64,000 nucleotides of DNA from Methylocella sp. Lineage in GTDB: Bacteria > Pseudomonadota > Alphaproteobacteria > Rhizobiales > Beijerinckiaceae. The stretch spans positions 7,146 to 71,145 of the forward strand of contig JBOHJQ010000001.1 of NCBI GenBank assembly GCA_050728655.1, given 5' to 3'. The notes under the pieces are model-generated. The model was not told where the DNA came from. It searched no databases and saw only the letters and a program-made list of their open reading frames with translations. A program made the translations under genes and the position numbers. Numbering within the stretch: position 1 is the stretch's first letter; the number at the start of each line of letters is the position of its first letter. This document shows positions 1-9,827 of this stretch, piece by piece.

Positions 1-1950
1 ACACAATCCCATTAAGATATAGGGGCCGCGCGGTTGCGCCTCGCGGATGAGGCGCACGTAATCGGTTGTGATCTCTTCCAGGCTGCGGCGGGGCAACGAA
101 CGAGGATGGCTGGGATCATACAGCTGAACACAAAGAAACGGCCGATCCGTTCCAATCCGTCGCGCGAGATTGTAATAGATCATCGTATTGTTGATGGCGA
201 TAATTGGCGTTTTGTTGCCGCGCGGTTGAACCTGGACAATGCTCCAAGGCTCCCGCGGCGTTTCGATCCTGGCCACATGGGCCACAAACTCTCGCACGGT
301 CGGCGCCTGAAAAAGGGTCATGACATCGATTTTGACGCCAAGGGTGCGCGCGACCTCGGTCATGAGCCGCATGGCCATCAGGGAATGCCCGCCGAGCTCG
401 AAGAAATTCGACGTGGGGCCGATTTCCGGAACATGAAGGACATCTTGCCAGATCGCTATCATTCTTGTTTCGGCATCGGTCGGCGCTCCGCTAGGCAGTG
501 CGCTTGGCGGCGGGCGCGATGCGTCGATCGGCGCAAAATCGTCGCGGGATTTGGGGCGAGCGATCCGGTCTCGAACTGGCGCAACCAGCGAGGACAATCT
601 CGCCTCGGGATTGGAAATAGCGTACTCGAAGGCGGCCATAAGGAATCCATGCAGCCGCTCGGCCGTTTGTCTTTCGAATAGGTCGGGCTTGTACTCCATC
701 GCGATCCGCCAGCCTTCCGGCCAATGCACCATGTAAAAATTGAAATCATAGAGCGCGCCGGAGGACAGCGACGGGAGGGCATTCAAGTAGAAGCCGCCGT
801 AGTCTTTATGATCCATGAGATCACGCAGGACGGTGAAATTGATGGAGATGAGCGGCGTGCGGCTGAGATCGCGCGGGGGATTGAGAACCTCGACTAGCTT
901 GTGGAAGGGCATCCGTTGGTGGATGAGCGCCTCCTGAACCGTTGCGTTCGCCCGGGCCAGGAATTCCGTGAAGGTCGGATCGCCGGACGCATCGAACCTT
1001 ATCACGAGATTGTTGAGGAAAACGCCGATCAAGTTCTCGATTTCGACCTCGTCGCGGCCGCCGATCTGAGTTCCGAAAACCACATCCGTCGCGCCGGTGT
1101 AGCGGTGCAGCATCGCCCCGATCACGGCGCAACCGAAGGCGAACGGCGTCAAATTGTGTTTGCGCGCGGCGTCTTCCAGCTTGTTCCCGAGCGCCGGCGG
1201 CAGACCGGCGGCGAGGATTTCGCCGCGATAGCTCGGCGCGGCCGGGCGCGCATGGTCTGAAACAATCTCGAAATAGGGTGCTCCCTCCAAATTGCGTTTC
1301 CAATAGGCAATCTGCGCCTCGAAGCCGGCACTGGCGAAATATTCCTTCTGCCAGCGGCAATAGTCGCCGTATTGCAGCGGCAGCTCGGGCAGATCGTAAG
1401 CGCGGCTGGCCTCCAGCGCCTCGGCGATCGTGCCAAATTCATGGGCGAGGAGGCGGATGCACCAGCCGTCGAAGGCGATCTCATGCGTGGTCAACAGTAA
1501 AAACCCGTGATCGGCGGACAGGCGCAGCAAGGTCACCCGGAACAGCGGCAATTGTCCAATGTCGAACGGCACGTGCGCCTCGCGGCGGCCCAACGCCATG
1601 GCTTCATCGAGCCGTGTTTCCTCGGGAAACGCCGTCAGATCGACAACCGACAAATGGAAATCGAGGTGGCTGGCGACTTCCTGCATGGGTTCGCCGTCCT
1701 TTTCGAAGAACCTCGTGCGCAGGATCTCGTGCCGCTCGATGATCGTCTGAAAGGCTCGCTCGATTGTCGCGGCGTTGAATCGCCCCTTCAGCTCCCAACG
1801 CAGGGCGATGTTGAGAACCGAACCTCCAGGGCTCAGCGCTTGGATGAACCAGCACCGCTGCTGCGACGACGACAAGGGAAATAACAGTTCGTCGCTCGGC
1901 TTCGTCTCCGGGTCTGGCAATTGATGATCCCCCTCCATCGTCATTTCCAT
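1..1950 (-). CDS. NRPS terminal module, 3'-truncated by the window edge: condensation (C) - PCP - start of thioesterase (TE). No adenylation domain.
   Basis: The reverse frame is open from nt 1950 to nt 1, so it is absent from the ORF track. My translation runs MEMTMEGDHQLPDPETKPSDELLFPLSSSQQRCWFIQAL...IERHEILRTRF...LLLTTHEIAFDGW (C-domain motifs). It continues ...TRMIAIWQDVLHVPEIGPTSNFFELGGHSLMAMRL (PCP, Ser codon at 382-384), then ...KTPIIAINNTMIYYNL...AQPRGPYILMGLC (TE start). The ATG at 1950 lies 2 nt after the TGA of the upstream gene. Confidence 0.85.
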   Translation of the reverse strand, partial: MEMTMEGDHQLPDPETKPSDELLFPLSSSQQRCWFIQALSPGGSVLNIALRWELKGRFNAATIERAFQTIIERHEILRTRFFEKDGEPMQEVASHLDFHLSVVDLTAFPEETRLDEAMALGRREAHVPFDIGQLPLFRVTLLRLSADHGFLLLTTHEIAFDGWCIRLLAHEFGTIAEALEASRAYDLPELPLQYGDYCRWQKEYFASAGFEAQIAYWKRNLEGAPYFEIVSDHARPAAPSYRGEILAAGLPPALGNKLEDAARKHNLTPFAFGCAVIGAMLHRYTGATDVVFGTQIGGRDEVEIENLIGVFLNNLVIRFDASGDPTFTEFLARANATVQEALIHQRMPFHKLVEVLNPPRDLSRTPLISINFTVLRDLMDHKDYGGFYLNALPSLSSGALYDFNFYMVHWPEGWRIAMEYKPDLFERQTAERLHGFLMAAFEYAISNPEARLSSLVAPVRDRIARPKSRDDFAPIDASRPPPSALPSGAPTDAETRMIAIWQDVLHVPEIGPTSNFFELGGHSLMAMRLMTEVARTLGVKIDVMTLFQAPTVREFVAHVARIETPREPWSIVQVQPRGNKTPIIAINNTMIYYNLARRIGTDRPFLCVQLYDPSHPRSLPRRSLEEITTDYVRLIREAQPRGPYILMGLC

Positions 1951-1952
1951 TG

Positions 1953-4900
1953 TCATCCCGATGCCCCGGCGCGGCGCCTGAAACTTTGCAGCGAGGGCGC
2001 CGCATTGCTCGGCGCGAGCAGAGAGTCCTCCGGCCGGTCATTCGCGGCCCGCGCCAATTCGGCAATCGTCGGATGCCGCATCAGCTGCGCCGCATCGAGG
2101 CCGAGGCCCTGCTGCCGCATCCGCGCCGCGATGCGGAATAGGTCGATGGAATCCGCCCCGAGCGCGAAGAGATTATCGTGAATGCCAATCTCGCCCGTTT
2201 GCAGAACTTCGCCCCAAATCGTCGCGAGCTTGGCTTCGAGGGGTGTCTGGGGCAACACAATGACTCGCTCCGGTAGCGCCTGCGCGGGATCGGGTCGCGG
2301 CAGCGCCTTGCGGTCGATCTTGCCGTTCTGGGTGCGGGGTAGCGCGTCGAGACGCAAGACCTGCGACGGCACCATGTAATCCGGCAATTCTTCGCGCAAT
2401 TTGGTTCGTAGCCCGCTCATGCTCTCGACGCTGCCTTCGGGCGCGGCGATATAGCCGACGAGGTCGCCGCCACGCAAAACCGCAGCCGCTTCCGGGCGGC
2501 CGGAAACACGCCGCAGGGCATCTTCGACATCGCCAAGCTCGATGCGGAAACCGCGCAATTTGATTTGGCTATCGGCGCGTCCGAGCAGCTCGAAGCGACC
2601 GTTCGCCAGACAGCGTGCGCGATCGCCAGTGCGATAGAGGCGCCCGCTCGCGCCGCTAGAAGACGGATTTTCGGTGAAGCTTTGCTGGGTGAGCGCTTGA
2701 TTTTTATGATATCCCCGCGCGAGCCCCGCGCCGGCGATGCAAAGCTCTCCGGCAACCCCGATTGCCGCCGTATTTCCCGCCGCGTCGAGGATACAGATCC
2801 TCGTGTTCGCGATCGGCCTGCCGAAATCGATCGCGCCGCCGGTTTGCCGTTGCGCCAGCGACCAGATCGTCGTTTCGGTCGGGCCGTACATATTCCACAG
2901 CTCGCCCGATCCAAGATCCTCGGCGAGTTTCCGGTCGAGCGCCTCGCCGCCGCACAGGATTTTGAGCCCCTTCGGATTGAGTCCCGCTTCCAGCAATACC
3001 CGCCATAGGGCCGGGGTGGCCTGCATCATCGTTGTCGAGGTGCGGGTGATCAGCGCGGCCAAGGAAAACGGGTCCATGACATCGGCCCGGCTCGCGATCG
3101 CGAGCTCGGCGCCAATCGTCAACGGCAAGAAGATTTCAAGAGCGGCAATATCGAAACAAGGCGTCGTCACCGCGAGGAAGACATCGGCGGCGCTAATGCC
3201 GGGCGATTGCCGCATCGCAGTCAAGAGGTTCACGACCGAGCGATGCTCGATATCGATGCCCTTTGGCCGGCCCGTCGAGCCGGAGGTGAAGATGCGATAC
3301 GCGAGATCGGTTGGACGCACCCGCGGAAGCGGCGGCAGTTGTTGTTCGGCCGAGTCCGCGCCGGCTTCGCCAATGCCGATGCAAATCGGGATCGCCGCTT
3401 TGATGCCGTCTTCGAGCGTTGCCGAAGTCAAAGCGATCTTAACATCGGCCTCGGAAACGATCGCGTGGATGCGCGCGGGCGGATAGATCGGATCGAGCGG
3501 AACATAGGCGCCGCCCGCCTTGAGGACGGCGAGCATGGCGACGGCCAGCTCCGCCGAGCGGTCGAGATAAATCGCGACCGGCGTTTCGTGTGCGACTCCG
3601 GCGGCAAGCAACCGCCAAGCCACGCGATCCGCGCGCATTATGAGCTCGCGATAGGTGAGGGTCGTGTCTTCGAAGCGGACCGCGACGGCGTCCGGCGTAG
3701 CCGCCGCCTGCAAATCGATCAATTCGTGAATGGCGAGATCCGGGATGGGACAATCCGGCCCCGCGAGGGCGCCATGCAGCGCCTGCTCCTCCGCCTGGGT
3801 CAGCATCGGCAGCCGCGCGGCCTCCCCGTCCATGTCGCCGGCGATCGCTTCGAGCAGCGTCCGGTAATGGCCGATCCAACGCGCGATGGTTGCCCGCTCG
3901 AACAAGTCCGTGCTGTAATCGCAATCGATGATCAGGCCGTGATCCTCCGCGACGACATTGAAAAACAGATCGAAATTCACAAACCGCTTGGGATTGGCGT
4001 CGGTCGAGACGGCGAGATCCTGGAAGGGAAGATTTTGCCCGATCCGCTCCAAATTGAATTGCGCTTCGATCAAAGGAAGCCGGTTAATCTCCCGCGGCAT
4101 GTCGAGCGCCCGAACGAGGGACCCGAAAGTGTAGCTTTGATGATCGGCCGCATCGAGAAGAAGCTGCTGAGTCTTGCGCGCGGCCTCGAGGAAGGTGACA
4201 TTGCTGGAGAACTGGGCTCGCAACGGCAGGAAGTTGACGCAATGGCCGACGAGAGGCCCTTCGCCGTGCAAGCTCTGGCCGGCGGTCGGAATGCCGGCAA
4301 CGACGTCGGTTTGTCCGCTCAAGCGGGCAAGCACCACCTGATAGGCGGTCAACAGCACGGCGAACAAGGTACAGCCGTTGCGCGCGGCCGCTTGCTTTAC
4401 GCGGTCGAACAGGGGAGCGTCGATCGTCCCGCGCAGCGTATCGCCGCGGAAACTCTTAAGCGCCGGGCGCGGATGATCGAGCGGTAGGGCCAAAGGCTCC
4501 GGCACTTGCGCGAATTGGTGCAGCCAATAGGTCTCCGCCTCCGGCTGCACCGCGCCGTGGCGCACCGCATAGTCAACGAAGCTGTGCGCTTGCGGCAGAT
4601 TGGCGGTGGCTCCGCTTAGGCGGGCCGAATAGAGCGTCCCAAGTTCCTCCAAGAGGATGTTCATCGACCAGCCATCGCAGACGATGTGATGGGCGGTCAT
4701 CACCAGCTTATGGCGGTCTTGGCCATGGTCCGGCACCAAGGTGAAGCGAATGAGCGGTCCATTGACCAAATCAAAGGGAGTCGCGGCCTCGCTTTCGATA
4801 ACATCGGCAAGACGTTTATCGAGAGTCTCATCCTTGCCGGCGTCGGCGATAGTGAAGGCCAGCGGTGCCGCGGGCATCACGGTAAAGCCCTCGCCCGCCG

Positions 4901-7900
4901 GCGCGAACCGGATGCGAAGCGCCTCGTGGCGCTGCACCAAGTCGCGTGCCGCTTTGCGAAGGGCGCGGGTGTCGAGGTTGCCGCGCAAATCGAGTGTGAC
5001 CGATTCGTTGAAGGCGCAGGAAGCGGCGTCGCCGAGTTGGGCGCTGAGCCAAATTTCCATTTGGCTTTCGGTCAACTGGCCTTGGCGCGCGGCAGATTCC
5101 GGCGTCCGCCCGAAAATGCCGGCGGCCATCATCTGTGCCGAAGCCGCATCGAAAGCCGCGACGATTTTCGATAGATCGGCATCGTCGTGGGTGGTCGTCA
5201 GGAAACAGGGGAAGCCTTCGCGGATATGAATGCCCTGTTCGCGTAGCACGTAATAGAAGAGCGACGCGAAATGATGTTCGGCGGGGAATTTGACGAAGAA
5301 GATCGAGCCGAAATGATGAATTTCGGCCGGCACGCCATGGCGCTCGAAGACGCCGTTAAGGTCGTCCACGAGACGTCCGGTACGCTCGGACAAATTTTCC
5401 AGCAGGCTTGGCCCGGCTGCTTTTAGATGCTTCAAAACCGCGGCAGTGGCGGCGAGCGTCAGCGGGTGGCGCACGAACGTGCCGGCGAAGAAGGTCACTC
5501 CGACGGCCGGATAGGAATCGTCGCCATATTGCCAGAACCCGCCGTCGAGAGCGTCCATGAACGCGGCCTTGCCGGCCAAGATGCCGATAGGCATGCCGCC
5601 GCCGGCCACCTTGCCATAGGTGACCAGATCGGCGCGGATGCCGAACAAGGCCTGGACGCCGCCCGGATGGACGCGGAAGCCAGTAACGATTTCGTCAAAA
5701 ATTAAAACGGTCCCAGCCTTGGCGGTCAGGTCGCGCAACGCCTGCAGGAATTGGCGGGGACGCAAGTCCGGCCGCCGGCTCTGCACGGGTTCGACGAGGA
5801 CCGCCGCCAATTCATGGACGTGCCGTTCGAGCCAGGCGAGGCTCTCGGGGGTTCCGTAGTCCAGGATGGTGATGTTAGCGATGGATTCGGCGGGAATACC
5901 TGGAGCGACCGGGAATACCCGCGCAACCCCCTCGCGAACGCCGCCGCGCGCCAAAACTTCGTCGAATTGGCCGTGGTAGTCGCCTGAGAAATAGACGACG
6001 CGGTTGCGCCCGGTCACCGTTCGCGCGATCCGCATCGCCGCCATCACCGCTTCTGATCCGGTGTTGCAAAAGGTCACCCGCTCGTTGCCGGTGAGATCGC
6101 AAAGTAGCTTTGCCACCTCGCCGGCAAGAGGCGTTTGCGGGCCCAATTCAAAGCCCCGGTCGATTTGCGCGATAAGCGCTTCACGAACGAAATCGGGTGC
6201 GTGGCCGAAGGCAGTCTGACCAAAGCCGTTCAAGAGATCGATATAAATGTTGCCATCGACGTCCCAAAGTTTCGAGCCTTCGGAGCGGACGGTGACGATC
6301 GGGTAAACGATCTCCTTCCATTCCGGATTAAATCCCGAGGCAACCCGGGGATCGGCGAGCACCGCGCGCGATGCCTGGGTCATCTCCTTGGAACCGCGCG
6401 TGCGGTTTGCGTAGCGTTCGATCAGATCGGCGACAAAGCGGCGTTGCCCAGCGTCGAGAGCGGCATCGCGCGCTTGCGTGAACGGCTTGAAGGGGCCATG
6501 CGCCTCGGTAGGTTTTTTCTCCGTAATTGGCTTTGCTTGAACCGGTGCCGCTGCCTGCGGGCGTTGCCGGACGGCTGGGGCCGCCGCCGCGGCCAAAGGC
6601 GCCGCGCCGCCGATCTGCCGTAAGGTTTCGAGCTGCCGGTTGATGAGGTCGGTCATGCTGGCAAGCTGCGCCGCCATGACTTGCTCGATGCCCTGTCCCG
6701 GCAAGGATGCGGCCACAAAACCGGATGGGGGGCTTGCGGCTGGAAGAGGCAGAGTGGAAACGGCCTCGGCCGGGCCTGGCGCAGCGATGGCGAGCTCGGC
6801 CGCAAATTCCGTCGCCGTTTGGTTCAAATGCTCGGCCACCGCATCGACCGTTCCAAGTTCGCCCATCATCTGGCGGAAGCTGACGGCGACATTGAAGCGG
6901 GTCTTGATGGCTTGGCTCGCCTGCGTGAGGAACAGCGAATCGAAGCCGAGTTCGAGGAAACTTGTGCCGCGCGGCGCGTCGGTGACGTCGATGCCCGAAA
7001 GATTTTCAAGGAGCGCCGCGAGTTCGGCCCGGATCGCTGCTTGGCGGTTGGGCATCTCGGGTTGTTGCGTGATCCCCCCATTGGGAGCCGGTTGCTGTGC
7101 TGTGTTCGTCATGGCGGTAATTTGATTCCCTTCAAAAGGCATGGTTGCAATGGTGCTGGCGCTTGGGGCATCGATAAAATAGCGCGACCGCTGGAAAGGA
7201 TAAGTAGGCAGGATGACGCGCCGTCGAAGTGCGCCATCATGCAACGCGCGCCAAACCGGCGCCGCTCCCGCGGTCCATAGGCGTCCGAGCGTATCGAGAA
7301 AGACCGCGTCCGCGGCGCGTTCCTCGAAGGGGTCCGGGAGCGAAGCGGCGATCAGAGGCGCCCCGCGCGCCGCACCGTTTTGGCGGGCGAGGCTCGTGAG
7401 TGTCCGCCCCGGGCCGGCCTCGATCAGGATTGGCGAAACTGGCTCGGCGAGGCACGCAAGTGCCGCAGCGTAGCGCACCGTCTCACGGCAATGCCGCGCC
7501 CAATAAAGCGGGTCCGTCGCTTGATCACTCGTTATCCACGTTCCCGACATGGAGGAGACGTAAGGGATCCGGGGGGGGCTTAGGGGAATCCGCGCCAACA
7601 ATTCTGCTAGCGGTTCGATCACCGGATCGACCATCGCCGAATGAAATGCATGCGAGGTCCGCAATCGGCGGCAGCCGGCGCCGCGGGCGGTTAGCGTCGC
7701 CTCGAAGGCGTCGATTGCCGGATGCGGCCCGGCGACCACGCAGACGGCATTGGCGTTGACCGCCGCGATCGAGAGATTGCCGGGCAGGCAGTCCTTAAGT
7801 TCGGGCTCCGCCAGCATGACGGCGAGCATCGCTCCTTCCGGCAGCTCCTGCATCTTGGCGCCGCGCGTGGCGACTACCATCAGGGCGTCTTCGAGCCGCA

Positions 7901-9827
7901 TCACGCCACTGAGCGTCGCGGCGACGAATTCGCCAATGCTGTGGCCCAGCATTGCGGCGGGCGCAAAGCCCAGGCTCCGCCATAACTCCGCGACTGAGAA
8001 GCTGACGCTGAACAGGGCCGGCTGGGCGAGCGCGGTCGCCTGGAGTCGCGGTCCTGCTTCCAGCGGGTCGCCGAAAAGGACCTCCCGCAGGTCGAGGCCA
8101 AGCAAAGGTTGCAAAAACGAAGCGCATTGGTCGAGCGTGCGCGCGAAAACCGGATAACGCCGGTAAAGGCCCTGACCCATGCCAGGATATTGCGCGCCCT
8201 GGCCGGGAAACAGGAATGCAAGCTTTGGCGGGGATGCGGCCGCCGTTTCTGCTTTGCCGCGGCCGCCGAGTTTCTCTATCAGGTCGCGCCTTTCCTTGGC
8301 GACAGCGGCGAACCGCTTGGCGAAACCGCGCCTGCCGGTTTGCAAGGTGGAGGCGATGTCGGCAATGCTCTGCTCCGCGTGCGTTTCGACATGTGCCGCG
8401 AGGCGGCCACGAGCTTCCTCCAAGGCATTGTCGTCGCGGGCCGACAGGACAATGAGATGCGCGGCCTGGTCATCTTGGGCGGTAGCGGCGGCGGCCGGGA
8501 TCGCGGGCGCTTCCTCGATGATCACATGGACGTTGGTGCCGCCTACGCCCGCCGCATTGACCCCGGCGATACGTGGTTTGGCGCCGCGCGGCCAAGGCCG
8601 CAACTCGGCATTGACGAAGAACGGGCTCTCCTCAAGGCCGAGTTTCGGGTTTGGGGTCTTGAAATGAAGCGTTGCAGGCAGGGTTTCATGTTCGAGCGCA
8701 AGAATGGTTTTGATGAGCCCCGTGACTCCGGAGGCAATGTCGAGATGGCCAATGTTCGTCTTGACCGTGCCGATCGCGCAAAATCCCTTGCGATTGGTGG
8801 TCGCCCCAAACGCCTTGGTGAGGCCGGCGATTTCGATCGGATCGCCAAGCGGGGTCGCGGTGCCGTGGCACTCCACATAGGAAATGGAGTCGGCGGCGAT
8901 ATCCGCCACGGCGTGAGCGAGGGCGATTACCTTGGCTTGGCCATCGCTGCTCGGCGCCGTAAAGCCGACTTTCGTCGCCCCATCGTTGTTGACAGCGCTG
9001 CCGCGAATGACCGCGCGGATCTGGTCGCCGTCGGCCAAGGCGGCGTCGAGACGCTTCAACAGCACCACGCCGGCGCCGCTGCCGAACACCGTCCCCGCCG
9101 CTTCGGCGTCGAAGGTGCGGCAGTGACCATCCGGCGAAACCATGCCGCCCTCCTGATAGAGATAGCCGCGCTTCTGCGGGAAGGTGATCGACACCCCGCC
9201 CGCGAGCGCCATATCGGCGCGATAATCGAGCAGGCATTGGCAAGCTTCGGCGACGGCAAGAAGCGAGGTCGAACACGCCGATTGCACGGTAAAGGCGGGA
9301 CCGCGCAGATCGAGCTTGTAAGCGGTCCGCGTCGCGATGAAATCCGCGCCGTTGCCGACGAGCGTCGGAAACTCGCCGACTTGATAATTGCCGGTCATAT
9401 TTTCGAGCCGCTGCCGGTCCTTCAGCACGTTATAGAGAAGGTAGGTATCGAAGCTGCTCCCGGCGTAAACCGCGATATCCCCAGGGAAAGCAGCCGGGTC
9501 ATAACCGGCGCTTTCCAGCGCCTCCCAGGCGATTTCCAGAAAGACCCTTTGCTGCGGGTCGGTCAGCTCCGCCTCGCGCGGCAGGAAGTTGAAGAAGCCG
9601 GCGTCGAACAGCTCGACTCCGTCCAAAATCGATCTTGCGCGTACGTAGCCAGGCTGGTTTTGCACCGAACGGCCGTAGGCGTCCTCCAGCTCCTCCGGAG
9701 GAAAATGGGTGATGGATTCCACGCCGCGGCGGAGATTGTCCCAGAACGCCTCGAGCGTCGACGCGCCAGGGAAGCGGCCGGCCATGCCAATCACGGCTAC
9801 GGAGGGAAGAGCATCTTGGGCGGACAT
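1953..9827 (-). CDS. Hybrid PKS-NRPS megasynthase: KS-AT-ACP-aminotransferase(AMT)-C-A-PCP
   Basis: 2624-aa ORF. KS (aa ~8-437, nt ~8517-9806): SACSTSL, ECHGTATPLGDP, NIGHLD. AT (aa ~535-835, nt ~7323-8225): FLFPGQGAQY, GHSIGEF, HAFHS (malonyl-type). ACP (aa ~930-1000, nt ~6828-7040): LGFDSLF. Class III PLP aminotransferase (aa ~1150-1565, nt ~5133-6380): CNTGSEA, LIFDEI, TYGKVAGGGMP. C (aa ~1583-2000, nt ~3828-5081): HHIVCDGWS. A (aa ~2030-2510, nt ~2298-3740): LAYRIFTSGSTGRPKG, NMYGPTE, YRTGD, GRADSQIKLRGFRIELGDVE, NGKIDRKAL. PCP (aa ~2525-2595, nt ~2043-2255): FALGADSIDL. Confidence 0.95.
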   Translation of the reverse strand: MSAQDALPSVAVIGMAGRFPGASTLEAFWDNLRRGVESITHFPPEELEDAYGRSVQNQPGYVRARSILDGVELFDAGFFNFLPREAELTDPQQRVFLEIAWEALESAGYDPAAFPGDIAVYAGSSFDTYLLYNVLKDRQRLENMTGNYQVGEFPTLVGNGADFIATRTAYKLDLRGPAFTVQSACSTSLLAVAEACQCLLDYRADMALAGGVSITFPQKRGYLYQEGGMVSPDGHCRTFDAEAAGTVFGSGAGVVLLKRLDAALADGDQIRAVIRGSAVNNDGATKVGFTAPSSDGQAKVIALAHAVADIAADSISYVECHGTATPLGDPIEIAGLTKAFGATTNRKGFCAIGTVKTNIGHLDIASGVTGLIKTILALEHETLPATLHFKTPNPKLGLEESPFFVNAELRPWPRGAKPRIAGVNAAGVGGTNVHVIIEEAPAIPAAAATAQDDQAAHLIVLSARDDNALEEARGRLAAHVETHAEQSIADIASTLQTGRRGFAKRFAAVAKERRDLIEKLGGRGKAETAAASPPKLAFLFPGQGAQYPGMGQGLYRRYPVFARTLDQCASFLQPLLGLDLREVLFGDPLEAGPRLQATALAQPALFSVSFSVAELWRSLGFAPAAMLGHSIGEFVAATLSGVMRLEDALMVVATRGAKMQELPEGAMLAVMLAEPELKDCLPGNLSIAAVNANAVCVVAGPHPAIDAFEATLTARGAGCRRLRTSHAFHSAMVDPVIEPLAELLARIPLSPPRIPYVSSMSGTWITSDQATDPLYWARHCRETVRYAAALACLAEPVSPILIEAGPGRTLTSLARQNGAARGAPLIAASLPDPFEERAADAVFLDTLGRLWTAGAAPVWRALHDGALRRRVILPTYPFQRSRYFIDAPSASTIATMPFEGNQITAMTNTAQQPAPNGGITQQPEMPNRQAAIRAELAALLENLSGIDVTDAPRGTSFLELGFDSLFLTQASQAIKTRFNVAVSFRQMMGELGTVDAVAEHLNQTATEFAAELAIAAPGPAEAVSTLPLPAASPPSGFVAASLPGQGIEQVMAAQLASMTDLINRQLETLRQIGGAAPLAAAAAPAVRQRPQAAAPVQAKPITEKKPTEAHGPFKPFTQARDAALDAGQRRFVADLIERYANRTRGSKEMTQASRAVLADPRVASGFNPEWKEIVYPIVTVRSEGSKLWDVDGNIYIDLLNGFGQTAFGHAPDFVREALIAQIDRGFELGPQTPLAGEVAKLLCDLTGNERVTFCNTGSEAVMAAMRIARTVTGRNRVVYFSGDYHGQFDEVLARGGVREGVARVFPVAPGIPAESIANITILDYGTPESLAWLERHVHELAAVLVEPVQSRRPDLRPRQFLQALRDLTAKAGTVLIFDEIVTGFRVHPGGVQALFGIRADLVTYGKVAGGGMPIGILAGKAAFMDALDGGFWQYGDDSYPAVGVTFFAGTFVRHPLTLAATAAVLKHLKAAGPSLLENLSERTGRLVDDLNGVFERHGVPAEIHHFGSIFFVKFPAEHHFASLFYYVLREQGIHIREGFPCFLTTTHDDADLSKIVAAFDAASAQMMAAGIFGRTPESAARQGQLTESQMEIWLSAQLGDAASCAFNESVTLDLRGNLDTRALRKAARDLVQRHEALRIRFAPAGEGFTVMPAAPLAFTIADAGKDETLDKRLADVIESEAATPFDLVNGPLIRFTLVPDHGQDRHKLVMTAHHIVCDGWSMNILLEELGTLYSARLSGATANLPQAHSFVDYAVRHGAVQPEAETYWLHQFAQVPEPLALPLDHPRPALKSFRGDTLRGTIDAPLFDRVKQAAARNGCTLFAVLLTAYQVVLARLSGQTDVVAGIPTAGQSLHGEGPLVGHCVNFLPLRAQFSSNVTFLEAARKTQQLLLDAADHQSYTFGSLVRALDMPREINRLPLIEAQFNLERIGQNLPFQDLAVSTDANPKRFVNFDLFFNVVAEDHGLIIDCDYSTDLFERATIARWIGHYRTLLEAIAGDMDGEAARLPMLTQAEEQALHGALAGPDCPIPDLAIHELIDLQAAATPDAVAVRFEDTTLTYRELIMRADRVAWRLLAAGVAHETPVAIYLDRSAELAVAMLAVLKAGGAYVPLDPIYPPARIHAIVSEADVKIALTSATLEDGIKAAIPICIGIGEAGADSAEQQLPPLPRVRPTDLAYRIFTSGSTGRPKGIDIEHRSVVNLLTAMRQSPGISAADVFLAVTTPCFDIAALEIFLPLTIGAELAIASRADVMDPFSLAALITRTSTTMMQATPALWRVLLEAGLNPKGLKILCGGEALDRKLAEDLGSGELWNMYGPTETTIWSLAQRQTGGAIDFGRPIANTRICILDAAGNTAAIGVAGELCIAGAGLARGYHKNQALTQQSFTENPSSSGASGRLYRTGDRARCLANGRFELLGRADSQIKLRGFRIELGDVEDALRRVSGRPEAAAVLRGGDLVGYIAAPEGSVESMSGLRTKLREELPDYMVPSQVLRLDALPRTQNGKIDRKALPRPDPAQALPERVIVLPQTPLEAKLATIWGEVLQTGEIGIHDNLFALGADSIDLFRIAARMRQQGLGLDAAQLMRHPTIAELARAANDRPEDSLLAPSNAAPSLQSFRRRAGASG

